This document shows positions 9,240-18,283 of a stretch of 64,000 nt of DNA, piece after piece. The stretch spans positions 1 to 64,000 of the IMG/VR virus record IMGVR_UViG_3300028908_000001. One strand, given 5' to 3'. Source of the DNA: a virus (Duplodnaviria > Heunggongvirae > Uroviricota > Caudoviricetes). The notes beneath the pieces were generated by a model. The model was not told where the DNA came from, did no database searches, and was given only the letters and a program-made list of their open reading frames with translations. Position 1 is the first letter of the stretch, and the number at the start of each line of letters is the position of its first letter. Both the position numbers and the translations under genes were made by a program.

Positions 9240-11521
9240 ACGTCTTCCTGCTCAGCCTCAAGCTCTGCTACTATTTCCTCTGCGATACGTGCCGCTTCGT
9301 CGTCCACGAATGCGTCTTCGTTTTCGATAGCCACGCCGACGTGATCTTCAACTAAGTTCTGGTCTGCTTCGCCAATGTTGAAACGCACTTCGCCGGCCTC
9401 TTGGTCCTCGGCGTCCTGCCGTCGCTTGGCACCAAACACAGCTTGCAGACGTGCCGCGAGCGGGGAAATTACTGGCTTGGGTGGAGCCGGGCGGCCTTCA
9501 ATAGCTTGCTCCATCTGCTCAAGCCACTCGCGGCTATCCTCTCGTGCCCTGCGGGCTATCTCATCAAACAAGTCCTTCGGCATGACATCACCACTCCTCT
9601 CCGCGCGGCTTTCAGGCCGCGCCAGCATCCGTGCCTTGGCCCCACGCTCCGCCTCCTCCCGCTCGACGCGCTTCCAATACTCCGCATTTTTGCGCCGCTC
9701 GGCACGTTCCTCAGTGCGCTGGCGCACCTCTTCCAGTTGCTGCAGGTAGCGCTCGTGCTCTGCTGCCGCTTCGCGTATGCCGCGCGGCACGTGGCTCAAT
9801 CCCAGCGATCGCCAGAAAGTAATGTCGTTATATTCATACCGTGAGATGTCACGGCTGACAAGCCAGCGGGTGTACTTTTTCGCTTCGCGGGACGTCCACG
9901 GATGGCGGGGCGAAGGGTCATAGTATGCCGTGTAACCTTCATGGTACAGTTTGTAGCCCTGGTCGAACCAGTCTTCGTTGGGTGACAGCCGCGCGGCTTT
10001 CACCTTTCGCTTGCGAAGCTCGAACAGCCTGCGGGCGCGGTAACACCATCGACAGTCACCACCGAACGCGCGGCAACTGAGCAGCCCCGCGCGGCCATAC
10101 CGTAATGGGCAATGTAGCGGAATATAACCGACCTTGCCATGCACCAACAACGAAGCAAACGGACAAGCGTAGTCTTCTTTTGGATGCTCAAGACGCCAGC
10201 GAGCGATGAATGCCGCCGCGGGGCTACTGACGGGGCCACGCTTGAACGTACACGTCACAGAGCGGGGATTACCCTTGACAGCCCCCCAGGGTATTGCTAT
10301 CCATCCCTTCTCGTGGAATAGTTTGCCTATTCCCTTGTCCAACACTTCTCGGTTTTTGTCCTGCCGTTCGGTTGTGTCGGCCGCGTCGCGGGTGATAACA
10401 GACGATGGCCCGTTATCTGCAAGAGAGCGGTGGAAAGTATTTGGTTTTGTTATCTCTCTCTTCCTAGAGAGAGATATAACAGGGAGCTGTGGGATAGCAG
10501 GAAGCTTTGGGGCAGGATAGCCGCACGAAAAAAATGGATGATGATGCCATTCGGCGTGGCCGGTTGCTTGGTCACAGAAGTACCGCCGCACCTCGGGGTC
10601 TTCGGCTATGCGCCGCAGGATGTGCCGTATGGCGTCCAGTTGTCGGGCGTTTACGGTGATGGCCGCGCTGCCAGCAAAGCCGAGGGCACGTGGATGGAGG
10701 TTGTAGACACTACTTGCGGGGTATTTGGCCGCGGGCGGATACTTCTTTCTACGCTTCATGGGGACACCGTAGGCTATTTTGGCTGTCTTTACGTGGTGGT
10801 TGGCCTTGTCGCGTGCTTTGGCTGCCGCGCGGCGGTTGCCGTCTTTGTATGCCCGCCGCATTTCGGAACGGTAATTGTTCGCCGCGCGGAACTGCTCGAT
10901 GACGAAGGCTTCCACTTCGACGGGGAAGTCATGTATCTTCTTGAGGTGCCGCTCGAACCAGCGCAGGTCGTATGCCTTGGGCTTCAGCGCGGGCTTATAG
11001 TAGTACCTGAGTTGCCCCGACGATGGACTGCGGTGCTGTTCCCTCCTCACGTGGCCTTTGTCTGATAGTTTCTTCAATGTCTGCGCGGCGTGTGTGTAGC
11101 TGATCTTGAGTGCCGCGCTGACGCCGTAGGCGGTGAGGCCCCAGGAGTTTGGGTGTAGCTGGTGATGTTTCTTGACGACGTAGTAGGCCGCCGCTTCGTA
11201 GTGGGAGAGCGTGTCGGGATGCTTTCTGGGCGGCTTGCGGCGGCTAACATTCCACTCGGGGTCTACAGGATCGCCGAGGGGATAGTCGTAGGTAACATCG
11301 CCGACGGCGACGTATCGATGCTTGGACGCGCGGCTATGGGGAATAACGGGGCCTTTGTCTTTGATTAGCCCGCGCTTGATGAGTCGTTGGATAGTATGCT
11401 TGACCCTATCGCGGCTTACACCAAGATAACGCCCCATTTCCACCGAGGACAGTGGCTCCGGGGCGTATATCCTGAGGAGTTGATGTACTTGTGCTTCAAG
11501 TTCGGTTAGATGTTCAGCCAT
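9236..11521 (-). CDS. large HTH-containing protein, putative replication initiator or organiser
   Basis: 761 aa with an N-terminal winged-helix-like segment (MGRYLGVSRDRVKHTIQRLIKRGLI) and a Cys cluster (CRAFGGDCRWC). It lies next to the helicase and carries an internal palindrome plus an AT-rich patch (see findings). Function not established. Confidence 0.6.
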   Translation of the reverse strand: MAEHLTELEAQVHQLLRIYAPEPLSSVEMGRYLGVSRDRVKHTIQRLIKRGLIKDKGPVIPHSRASKHRYVAVGDVTYDYPLGDPVDPEWNVSRRKPPRKHPDTLSHYEAAAYYVVKKHHQLHPNSWGLTAYGVSAALKISYTHAAQTLKKLSDKGHVRREQHRSPSSGQLRYYYKPALKPKAYDLRWFERHLKKIHDFPVEVEAFVIEQFRAANNYRSEMRRAYKDGNRRAAAKARDKANHHVKTAKIAYGVPMKRRKKYPPAAKYPASSVYNLHPRALGFAGSAAITVNARQLDAIRHILRRIAEDPEVRRYFCDQATGHAEWHHHPFFSCGYPAPKLPAIPQLPVISLSRKREITKPNTFHRSLADNGPSSVITRDAADTTERQDKNREVLDKGIGKLFHEKGWIAIPWGAVKGNPRSVTCTFKRGPVSSPAAAFIARWRLEHPKEDYACPFASLLVHGKVGYIPLHCPLRYGRAGLLSCRAFGGDCRWCYRARRLFELRKRKVKAARLSPNEDWFDQGYKLYHEGYTAYYDPSPRHPWTSREAKKYTRWLVSRDISRYEYNDITFWRSLGLSHVPRGIREAAAEHERYLQQLEEVRQRTEERAERRKNAEYWKRVEREEAERGAKARMLARPESRAERSGDVMPKDLFDEIARRAREDSREWLEQMEQAIEGRPAPPKPVISPLAARLQAVFGAKRRQDAEDQEAGEVRFNIGEADQNLVEDHVGVAIENEDAFVDDEAARIAEEIVAELEAEQEDV
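10450..10477. other. perfect 11-bp-arm inverted repeat (ttatctctctc-ttccta-gagagagataa) inside the 761-aa gene, next to an A-rich patch
   Basis: Read directly; candidate origin or binding site within the rep-like gene. Confidence 0.5.
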
Positions 11522-11559
11522 TCGATAGACCCACCGAGCATCTTGGGTTTATCCTATCG

Positions 11560-11631
11560 CCCCACGAGGCCCCTGGCCCCAAGGCCGTCGGGAGCGCGGC
11601 AGGGCTTTCGCCCACCAGGGGCCTCGTGGGG
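11560..11631 (-). promoter_or_regulatory. long hairpin in the 5' leader of the 761-aa gene
   Basis: 17-bp perfect stem (ccccacgaggcccctgg / ccaggggcctcgtgggg) with a 38-nt loop, about 30 nt upstream of the ATG. Confidence 0.5.
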
Positions 11632-11735
11632 AGGCTTCTATCGTGAGCGCCGAGGCGCTTTTGTTGTCAAGGTCGGCCCGTTGCATCGGGCTGTTAGCAC
11701 ATGCACTTGCAAACTCAAACGCCGAGTCGTGTTTA

Positions 11736-11764
11736 TGTATAGCACAAGCCGCGCGGCTTGTCAA
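11736..11764 (-). promoter_or_regulatory. promoter TTGACA-N17-TATACA (minus strand) with a perfect 16-bp palindrome operator in the spacer
   Basis: Minus-strand read: gcTTGACAagccgcgcggcttgtgcTATACA. The palindrome CAAGCCGCGCGGCTTG lies at 11745-11760, upstream of the 761-aa gene. Confidence 0.55.
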
Positions 11765-11821
11765 GCATCTTCTTCGTTTATCTCTTGCAAGCATTCTTCT
11801 GTCTTGCTCATTTTCTTGTCT

Positions 11822-11853
11822 GGGAGGGGCGGTTTTTGTTTGCCGCCCCTCCC
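11822..11853. terminator. GC-rich hairpin (11-bp stem gggaggggcgg/ccgcccctccc, T-rich loop), no U-tract
   Basis: Perfect inverted repeat; possible terminator or RNA-stability element. Confidence 0.3.
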
Positions 11854-11918
11854 TGCGGTCCGATAGGGGTGATGGAATGTCAAGGACCATGCCTCATTAT
11901 ACCCGCGCAGTCACCAAA

Positions 11919-12122
11919 CTAAACTAACCACCAGTATTTCCCTCCGAAGCCTCCCGTCCATTCTTTCCATAGCCGCGTGGCCGCTTGTATGGAGAACCGT
12001 GGCTGCTTGCTTATAGCATACCTCGCGAACATATATGCCCAATCCCAGCGGTTCTTTTCATCTTTGATCTTTCCTAGCTTCATGTATCCGAACCGGGCAT
12101 ATTGCTGATACGGCGTATCCAT
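11919..12122 (-). CDS. hypothetical small protein
   Basis: 67-aa ORF just downstream of the adenylyltransferase gene. Confidence 0.4.
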   Translation of the reverse strand: MDTPYQQYARFGYMKLGKIKDEKNRWDWAYMFARYAISKQPRFSIQAATRLWKEWTGGFGGKYWWLV

Positions 12123-12523
12123 CGCTTCCCTATCTCCTCTGCTATTTGGCCGCCGGAAGCCGTGATGTCTCCTGTCATGAACTCAATGGCCGCGCCGACC
12201 GCGCGGCAAGCCTCAGCCTCCGGCAGTTCCTTCCCCATCCAGTCGGTACCCTTCACAAATACGTCTGGCCGCACGCGATATATCAACTGCGTTGGCGTGT
12301 CTTCCTCGAATATCACTACTTCGTCTACCCATTTACATGCTGCGATTAAACGCTTTCTGTGCTCTACGGGGATTACTGCGTACCACTTTAGTTCCTTCGT
12401 GCGGCGGTCACCATTGATGCCTACAATGAGATGACAATCCGGCCACCGGCGCTTGATAGCTTCAAACAGAGCAAAGTGCCCCGCGTGCGGCAAGGCGAAA
12501 GTTCCTGTTGTGAGAACCCGCAT
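12080..12523 (-). CDS. D-glycero-beta-D-manno-heptose-1-phosphate adenylyltransferase-like (HldE domain II / RfaE-II family cytidylyltransferase fold)
   Basis: The 147-aa protein matches the HldE adenylyltransferase-domain pattern: TGTFALPHAGH (HxGH), INGDRRTKELKW, WVDEVVIFEEDTPTQLI, PDVFVKGTDW. Confidence 0.8.
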   Translation of the reverse strand: MRVLTTGTFALPHAGHFALFEAIKRRWPDCHLIVGINGDRRTKELKWYAVIPVEHRKRLIAACKWVDEVVIFEEDTPTQLIYRVRPDVFVKGTDWMGKELPEAEACRAVGAAIEFMTGDITASGGQIAEEIGKRWIRRISNMPGSDT

Positions 12524-12577
12524 GTCAAGTATTCCGTCGGCGCGGCAGTTGTTATCGTCTTATGTATGTGCATTTTA

Positions 12578-13486
12578 TCATATTTCTTGGTCGAGGGGTA
12601 ACTGGCGTGGCCATTTGTTGGCCGCGAGGGCCTCTCGGGCCGCGGGGTTGAGCCACAAACACTCAATGCGTGGCTGTTTTTCTTCAGCCGAACCAGTGCC
12701 TAGAATCCGAGTTTTCACCGTTCGAGCAGCCGCAAAGCATACTGTCTGGGCATCGATGCGGTGCCATCCGTGTTCCTCTAGCGGGTAATATATCTCGTTG
12801 CGGTAGCCACTCAGCACCACCATACCTTTTACCGCGCCAGAGAGCAAAAAATCGACGAGTTGGCGGTGCTGTTCCAAGGTCATTTCATAATGGTACACAT
12901 TGGTGCTACGGCGTGCGGAGGGTACATACGGAGGGTCAAGATAGTGTAAGCAGTCGGAAGTATCTGCGGCCCTCATGGCGTCCCTGTAATCGCGGCACAT
13001 TATTTGCGTCGTGCGGAGGCGCTGCACGATGTGTGGCAAGAGTTCTATCGCTGTGAGCCATCTGGCGACGGCCACGCTTCCCAGTTGTGTTGATGCGGTC
13101 TTGCTAAAACTCCAGCTTCTGTCCCAATACCCCGAGAAGGATTGCCTAGCCACTACCCACCATTTCCATGCGCGGCGGAGTTCGTCCTCTTCGTCGCGCC
13201 ATGTGTCCCTGCATTCGCGCCACAGTGCTTCACTGTATTCTGTTAGCTGCGCGAGGCGAATAAACTCTTCCCCTCTATCGCGCAGTACGCGGAAGAACGT
13301 CATGACAGCTTGGTCAATGTCGTTGATTGTCTCCACCTCGGTGGGTTCCTTTGCGAAGAAGACAGAGCCGCCGCCGAAGAAGGGCTCGCAGTATTGTTTG
13401 TGCGGTGGCAGATGCCGTAATATCCATCCCACTAAATTACCTTTGCCACCGTACCACCAGATGGGCGACCGTAATCGCTTAGGCAT
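12578..13486 (-). CDS. Dam-family N6-adenine DNA methyltransferase (alpha-class, D12)
   Basis: PIWWYGGKG, EPFFGGGSVFF (motif I) at the N-terminus and YLDPPYV (motif IV) later. Confidence 0.85.
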   Translation of the reverse strand: MPKRLRSPIWWYGGKGNLVGWILRHLPPHKQYCEPFFGGGSVFFAKEPTEVETINDIDQAVMTFFRVLRDRGEEFIRLAQLTEYSEALWRECRDTWRDEEDELRRAWKWWVVARQSFSGYWDRSWSFSKTASTQLGSVAVARWLTAIELLPHIVQRLRTTQIMCRDYRDAMRAADTSDCLHYLDPPYVPSARRSTNVYHYEMTLEQHRQLVDFLLSGAVKGMVVLSGYRNEIYYPLEEHGWHRIDAQTVCFAAARTVKTRILGTGSAEEKQPRIECLWLNPAAREALAANKWPRQLPLDQEI

Positions 13487-14930
13487 ATTCTATATGGCCT
13501 CCTTGCTTCTTATACATGGCTATTCTCGAATGAGAATGCCGCCGGAGATAACCTAACGGATCATCGTCAACGAAGTCGTGAATGCGAACCGTGTTCTCCC
13601 CTTCCTTCGGGCGCATTCCTCTGCCTATTCTTTGGATGGTCTTGATATGTGACTTGCCCGCGCAGGCTATTATCACTGACTCGAATGCGGGGACGTCTAC
13701 TCCCTCGTCCAACATGGGGCTGCCGATGACTATCATACGTTCACCGGCCCGCGCTTTGTCCAGAATAGCATACATGTGTTTGCTTTTTGTTTGTCCGAGA
13801 AGGAACTCACAAGGGTATCCAATGGCCCGCAGGGCGGTCTGTAGATACCATCCCTGCGGCAGTCGTTGCACGAGTATGAGTACGGTGCGCCCCTCATCGT
13901 ACTCGCGGCGGGCTATCTCCAGTATCTGTGCATTCCGGCGGCTATTATTTGTTATCCAGTATTCATAGCTCAATCGATACAGTTGGGCACTGCTCAGTTC
14001 CTTATCGGGGGAAGTATGTTCTTCAATGTATTCCTTCCAGGATTTAGCTGGTGGCCGCGCTTTGTGGATGATGAAGATAGGCTTGGCTATCTGCCCGCGT
14101 TCGACCAGCTCGGCGGCCGATATGCTACATAGCAATGGCCCCGTGGCTGCTTGCAAGCATATCGTGAATGCATCCGTCCTCTTGAGCGTGGCCGACTGTC
14201 CATATCTATAGTACGCGGGGCAATCCATAGCTATCTTGTACCACGTCAATGCTCCCAAGTGGTGCGTCTCGTCAATCCCCAAGAAGTCTATCGACTTGAT
14301 TAGCTCTTCGTATTCCGGTTTTTCGCGCCGTGCCCACAGCATTGCGGTGATAGCTATGGTCAATTCAGCGGGCTTCCATTTACCTTCGCCGACAAGCCCC
14401 GCGTCAATCCCGAAGACCCGCTTGGCGGTATCTATGAACTGCTTGGCGATGGCCCGCGAGGGCACCATGATAAGTCCGGGGACTCGGAGTTGATACCAGC
14501 GGGCCAAGAGGATGATGGTTTTGCCCGCCGACGGCGGCATTTCCCACATGCCGCGCGGCGCGGCCTCTATCAGTGGGAAAACCTCAGCTTGATGAGGGCG
14601 AAACTGGAAGTCTTCCGGCAGAGGATGTCTTTCGGCCACCGGCTCGCGGCGGCCATCGACAATTTCGATCTCCCACCCGTTGGCCTGCAGGGCCGTTTCT
14701 ACCTTAGACAGTAGCCCCGTGGGGAAGCGATTGTCTTCCGCTAAGTGGTAGCTTCCATCCCAGTTACACAACCAGCACCATGGCTTCGGCTTCGGATGCT
14801 TTTTCTTGTGTGCCTCGATCTTAAACTTGGACTTGGGGTCGAATACGGTACATTCCGCCGCGGCTATCGCGGCGGCCTCTACCGGTTCTACCATAGTCCA
14901 ATTGTTTTCAATGGTAAGCGTAGCCCGCAT
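13479..14930 (-). CDS. superfamily-2 DEAH-box helicase
   Basis: Walker A MPPSAGKT, DEAH box GIDETHH, motif III QSATL, motif VI QRIGRGMR. Confidence 0.85.
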   Translation of the reverse strand: MRATLTIENNWTMVEPVEAAAIAAAECTVFDPKSKFKIEAHKKKHPKPKPWCWLCNWDGSYHLAEDNRFPTGLLSKVETALQANGWEIEIVDGRREPVAERHPLPEDFQFRPHQAEVFPLIEAAPRGMWEMPPSAGKTIILLARWYQLRVPGLIMVPSRAIAKQFIDTAKRVFGIDAGLVGEGKWKPAELTIAITAMLWARREKPEYEELIKSIDFLGIDETHHLGALTWYKIAMDCPAYYRYGQSATLKRTDAFTICLQAATGPLLCSISAAELVERGQIAKPIFIIHKARPPAKSWKEYIEEHTSPDKELSSAQLYRLSYEYWITNNSRRNAQILEIARREYDEGRTVLILVQRLPQGWYLQTALRAIGYPCEFLLGQTKSKHMYAILDKARAGERMIVIGSPMLDEGVDVPAFESVIIACAGKSHIKTIQRIGRGMRPKEGENTVRIHDFVDDDPLGYLRRHSHSRIAMYKKQGGHIEYA

Positions 14931-15144
14931 ACAGCAGCCCCATGATGATAGCCGCGGCCATTACTATGTAGAAGACTTTGGTGGCCGAGCACTGCGCATA
15001 CAAATGCAACCACACCGGCGGCTCGTAGTCGCGGAACCGGAGTTGCTGCAGCCGCAGGTCGGCCTGCCAGACACGGTACGCACACCATAGGCCCAGCAAA
15101 CCGAGGCCCACTGCGGCGGCTACCTGCATGATACCCAGTTGCAT
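14908..15144 (-). CDS. small two-TM membrane protein (putative)
   Basis: Internal Met start (MQLGIMQVAAAVGLGLLGLW) chosen to avoid a 78-nt overlap; two hydrophobic helices. Confidence 0.35.
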   Translation of the reverse strand: MQLGIMQVAAAVGLGLLGLWCAYRVWQADLRLQQLRFRDYEPPVWLHLYAQCSATKVFYIVMAAAIIMGLLYAGYAYH

Positions 15145-15149
15145 GATTA

Positions 15150-15635
15150 TCACCCTCTGAAGAGGATAATGGCCGCCCGCGACGCCTTGTGGCGGTGCGG
15201 CAGCTTCACGGGCCAGTTCTGACCCCACAATTCCACACAGCGGGCGGCCAATACGTCCACAGGCTCACCATTCTTCAACGCTCTGCTGAAGCAGAGATAG
15301 CGCACTTCCGGTATCTCCGTTGCTATTTTTTCGGGTTGCCGCCCGAACGCGGCGGCTATGTAGAACGGATGCTCTTTCCTACTGGCGTATTCGTGCCATG
15401 CTGCGATTTCGCCGTCGGTTACTGGTTCGTCAGCCCGCCAAGGCAGTCGGAAATTGTATCGAAACGGCAGCGGCGGGTACAATTCTCCTCGGATTACTTC
15501 CGGTAGCACGATTTGCCACTTTCGTGGCACCAATATGTGAAAGATGGGTGCGCCCAATAGCCACAGCTTCCAAGCATCTATCGGGCGCACAGTTCGCAGG
15601 CGATACAAGTCGCCGCGCAGGAATTGTTTCAACAT
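15150..15635 (-). CDS. hypothetical protein (start uncertain)
   Basis: The ORF is open to 15815 but would overlap the integrase 3' end by 130 nt; the internal Met at 15635 is the alternative. Confidence 0.4.
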   Translation of the reverse strand: MLKQFLRGDLYRLRTVRPIDAWKLWLLGAPIFHILVPRKWQIVLPEVIRGELYPPLPFRYNFRLPWRADEPVTDGEIAAWHEYASRKEHPFYIAAAFGRQPEKIATEIPEVRYLCFSRALKNGEPVDVLAARCVELWGQNWPVKLPHRHKASRAAIILFRG

Positions 15636-15684
15636 CCAGCGCGGCCACTCGCATCTTTCTGCCCAATCTTTTAGCAGCAGCCTG

Positions 15685-16638
15685 TCAGCCAACGATAGCG
15701 ACAGGAATGTGCTTGGCTGGGTTGTTCTCTGCCGCATTGACGTAGTGTGCATAAATTTGGGTGGTCCTCGGATTACGGTGTCCAAGTTCCTCTTGGACGG
15801 CCCGCTCTTCGGCACCGTGCTTTAGCGCCAGAGTTGCGGCGGTATGTCGCAGGTCGTGGGGCCGGTGCTCATGCAAACCGGCGGCGTCCAAGTACTGCCG
15901 TATGACCCAGTTCAACCCGCGGCTGGTCAAGCCCTTGTACGCACCGTGGCCGCGGTCACGGATAAACATTGGGTCCGTGGGCTGGGGCTTACCGACTTCG
16001 GCTTCGCGGCGGGCAAGCCACTCCATCAATGCCAATTCCGTATCCTCCCGGAGAAACACAATGCGTTCCTGGCCCTTGCCCCTCGCGATCACATAGGGGG
16101 CTTCCGTGGGCCAATAATCTCTGACCTGCATATTTATCACTTCTATCTGTCGCAGGCCATGAATTGCCAGCAAGCCAAGAATGGCGCGGTCACGCCATGC
16201 CCACAGGTTGTCACCCTTCACGGCGGCAAATAGTCGCTGCAGTTCTTCTTCGGTGAGTGCCCGCGCGGGTGCGAGATAGCTTTGCTTGGAGAACGGTACC
16301 TTTACTGTGCGGGCAGGATTGTGCGCTACCAAGCCGTCGGCCATTAGCTGGCTATAGAAGATTTTTAGCACCGTAATCCGGTGATGGGCCGTCGTGGGCA
16401 ACAACCCTTCCTCGGCCAGCATGTGGTCGCGCCAGTCGATGACATCATCAACCGTGGCGGTCAAGGGGTTGATCCCGTTCTCGTTGCACCAATTCAACCA
16501 CTTGTTGACGACGGCCCAGTACGTCCTGATGGTATTGGCCGCCGTAAAGCCGCGGCGGCGCATATAGCTCCAGAAGGCTTCGCGCAGGTCACGATACGGT
16601 TCCATCATCGCTACGGGCATGATAGCCATGCTAATCAC
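15685..16638 (-). CDS. int: tyrosine integrase/recombinase (phage integrase family)
   Basis: C-terminal catalytic signature HDLRHTAATL...GHRNPRTTQIYAHY (R-H-R-Y with the Tyr nucleophile) and an N-terminal SAM-like core-binding domain. Confidence 0.9.
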   Translation of the reverse strand: MISMAIMPVAMMEPYRDLREAFWSYMRRRGFTAANTIRTYWAVVNKWLNWCNENGINPLTATVDDVIDWRDHMLAEEGLLPTTAHHRITVLKIFYSQLMADGLVAHNPARTVKVPFSKQSYLAPARALTEEELQRLFAAVKGDNLWAWRDRAILGLLAIHGLRQIEVINMQVRDYWPTEAPYVIARGKGQERIVFLREDTELALMEWLARREAEVGKPQPTDPMFIRDRGHGAYKGLTSRGLNWVIRQYLDAAGLHEHRPHDLRHTAATLALKHGAEERAVQEELGHRNPRTTQIYAHYVNAAENNPAKHIPVAIVG

Positions 16639-16894
16639 CCCTTTTCAACGTGATTTCTACACCGCAACCCAAAGCGGCTGCTATCTCCGCGAGGCGGCGC
16701 AGGGTCATAGGCCCCTCGCGCAGCCAGCGTTCAACACGCCACGTCGGAACGCCCAAGCGCATCGCCAGCTCGCGTATGCTACACTTCTGTTCCTTCATGG
16801 CCCGCGCCACCGCTTCCTGCGCGGCATGTTGCGCCAGTACGTAGGCCAGCTCGGGCGACCGCATCAACTTTGCCAGCTCTTCCTCAAACTTCAT
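16631..16894 (-). CDS. XRE-family helix-turn-helix transcriptional regulator
   Basis: HTH segment CSIRELAMRLGVPTWRVERWLREG; start taken at MKFEEE just after the AAA+ gene stop. Confidence 0.7.
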   Translation of the reverse strand: MKFEEELAKLMRSPELAYVLAQHAAQEAVARAMKEQKCSIRELAMRLGVPTWRVERWLREGPMTLRRLAEIAAALGCGVEITLKRGD

Positions 16895-18278
16895 TGCTAT
16901 CACTTCCCAGAATAAGTTCATTCATCTCGTCGATGACCTCACCCACGAAATCGGGTAGGTCACAGTATTCGGCGGCCTCGGCCACGTGGTCCGGCTCCAC
17001 GGTTTCGGAAGCCGCTAGGTCCGCTATTGTGCGGGCCACTGCCGCAAGCTGGTGGGCGCGGCGGCCCGACCACTGTCTATCTTCTACGATTTGAGCAGCC
17101 AATGCAGTTGCTTCTTCTGTCATGGCTATCCTATTAGTTAGTATATCCTCTGGTGTGAGCCATGCATTCCTTTTCCCACGGGATTTTTGCATTTCGTAAG
17201 CCCGCCAGACCCGCGCGGCTACCTGTTCTGTTGTTTCTTCTTCGGCGCTCCGCCGGAAGTACGCCAGTGCTGGCGCTCTCTCTACGCGGGCGTACAAGTC
17301 AATCCGATCCCGCAGGGCGTCGCTCAACTTTTCTAAGTCCTTCGGCACTGGGTTGGCCGTGGCGAATAGCTGAAACCGCGCGGGCCACACCTGCTGCCAT
17401 TGAGTCCGCGAGATAACGACTTTGCCTTCCTGCATGGCGGTTAGCAGCGCATTCATAACTGACCGACTCCAGCGCAGCAACTCTTCTGCTACTAGAACGC
17501 CCCCATGGGCTTTTGACACAAGGCCAGGATAGGGATTTTCGCTGCCACCGCCTATCAAAGCTTGTTTTGTTACGTTTTGGGTTGCGAATACTACCGGCCG
17601 CGCGGACACGGGTTCTTCGCCCGCGGCGAGTAGCACTTCCGCCAGCTCGGCGGCTTCTTCGTGCTCCATTGGCGGCAGTATCCCCTGCATTGCCTTGGCG
17701 AGCAGGCTCTTCCCAGTTCCTGGTTCGCCGAAGAGCATAATGTCATGCCCTCCGGCGGCGGCTATCTCCACAACCCTCTTAGCCTCTTCGCAGCCCACTA
17801 CGTGCTCCCATCGCACAGCAGCCAGCGCGGGTTCCGTTTCTTCTACTGCAACTGGGTTGAGTGGTTCTGCCTCGCCACGCACGGCGGCCACTAGCTGGTC
17901 GAACGTTTCGCAGGCGTATGCCACGATCCCCAGCTTGGCGGCCGCGCGTGCTATCTGGGACGGGGCTGCTATCGGTACTTCGCGGGGCCACTTCGTCAGC
18001 GTGAAGCCTTTCGGGGCCTCTATCGTCCCATCGGGTTGCCATATGCCGACGGCGATAGCCTTTGGAAGCTCACCGCGCCACCAATGGTCTGCGGCGGCCA
18101 TCGGCGCATACGGTGTCTTCCGAAGGTCAACTTCTGCGCGGCCCTCAGTCAATCCATATATCTCCAGTAGCCGCTCACCGTTGATAATGATACGCAACCA
18201 CAAGCGCTTGTTGCCCCAGGGCAACGCGGGGCTGCCGTAAATTGTGAAGGCCGCTTCGCGGTGACACACTTCCCACAT
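16884..18278 (-). CDS. ComM/YifB (Mg-chelatase-like) AAA+ ATPase
   Basis: Walker A GEPGTGKS; VLVAEEL Walker-B region; arginine-finger/sensor region SRTQW...ATANP. Start at MWEVC (18278) avoids overlap with the upstream gene. Confidence 0.7.
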   Translation of the reverse strand: MWEVCHREAAFTIYGSPALPWGNKRLWLRIIINGERLLEIYGLTEGRAEVDLRKTPYAPMAAADHWWRGELPKAIAVGIWQPDGTIEAPKGFTLTKWPREVPIAAPSQIARAAAKLGIVAYACETFDQLVAAVRGEAEPLNPVAVEETEPALAAVRWEHVVGCEEAKRVVEIAAAGGHDIMLFGEPGTGKSLLAKAMQGILPPMEHEEAAELAEVLLAAGEEPVSARPVVFATQNVTKQALIGGGSENPYPGLVSKAHGGVLVAEELLRWSRSVMNALLTAMQEGKVVISRTQWQQVWPARFQLFATANPVPKDLEKLSDALRDRIDLYARVERAPALAYFRRSAEEETTEQVAARVWRAYEMQKSRGKRNAWLTPEDILTNRIAMTEEATALAAQIVEDRQWSGRRAHQLAAVARTIADLAASETVEPDHVAEAAEYCDLPDFVGEVIDEMNELILGSDSNEV

Positions 18279-18283
18279 TCGTG

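Noticed and set aside
11643-11662. Small hairpin gcgccgaggcgc followed by ttttgttg as a plus-strand intrinsic terminator
   Set aside because: No plus-strand gene upstream to terminate, and the stem is only 4-5 bp with a 2-3-nt loop.
16884-18278. Possible inactivated Walker B (D to A) in the ComM-like ATPase
   Set aside because: Realignment gives hhhh-EE (VLVAEE), a conservative DE to EE change, which is not evidence of inactivation.
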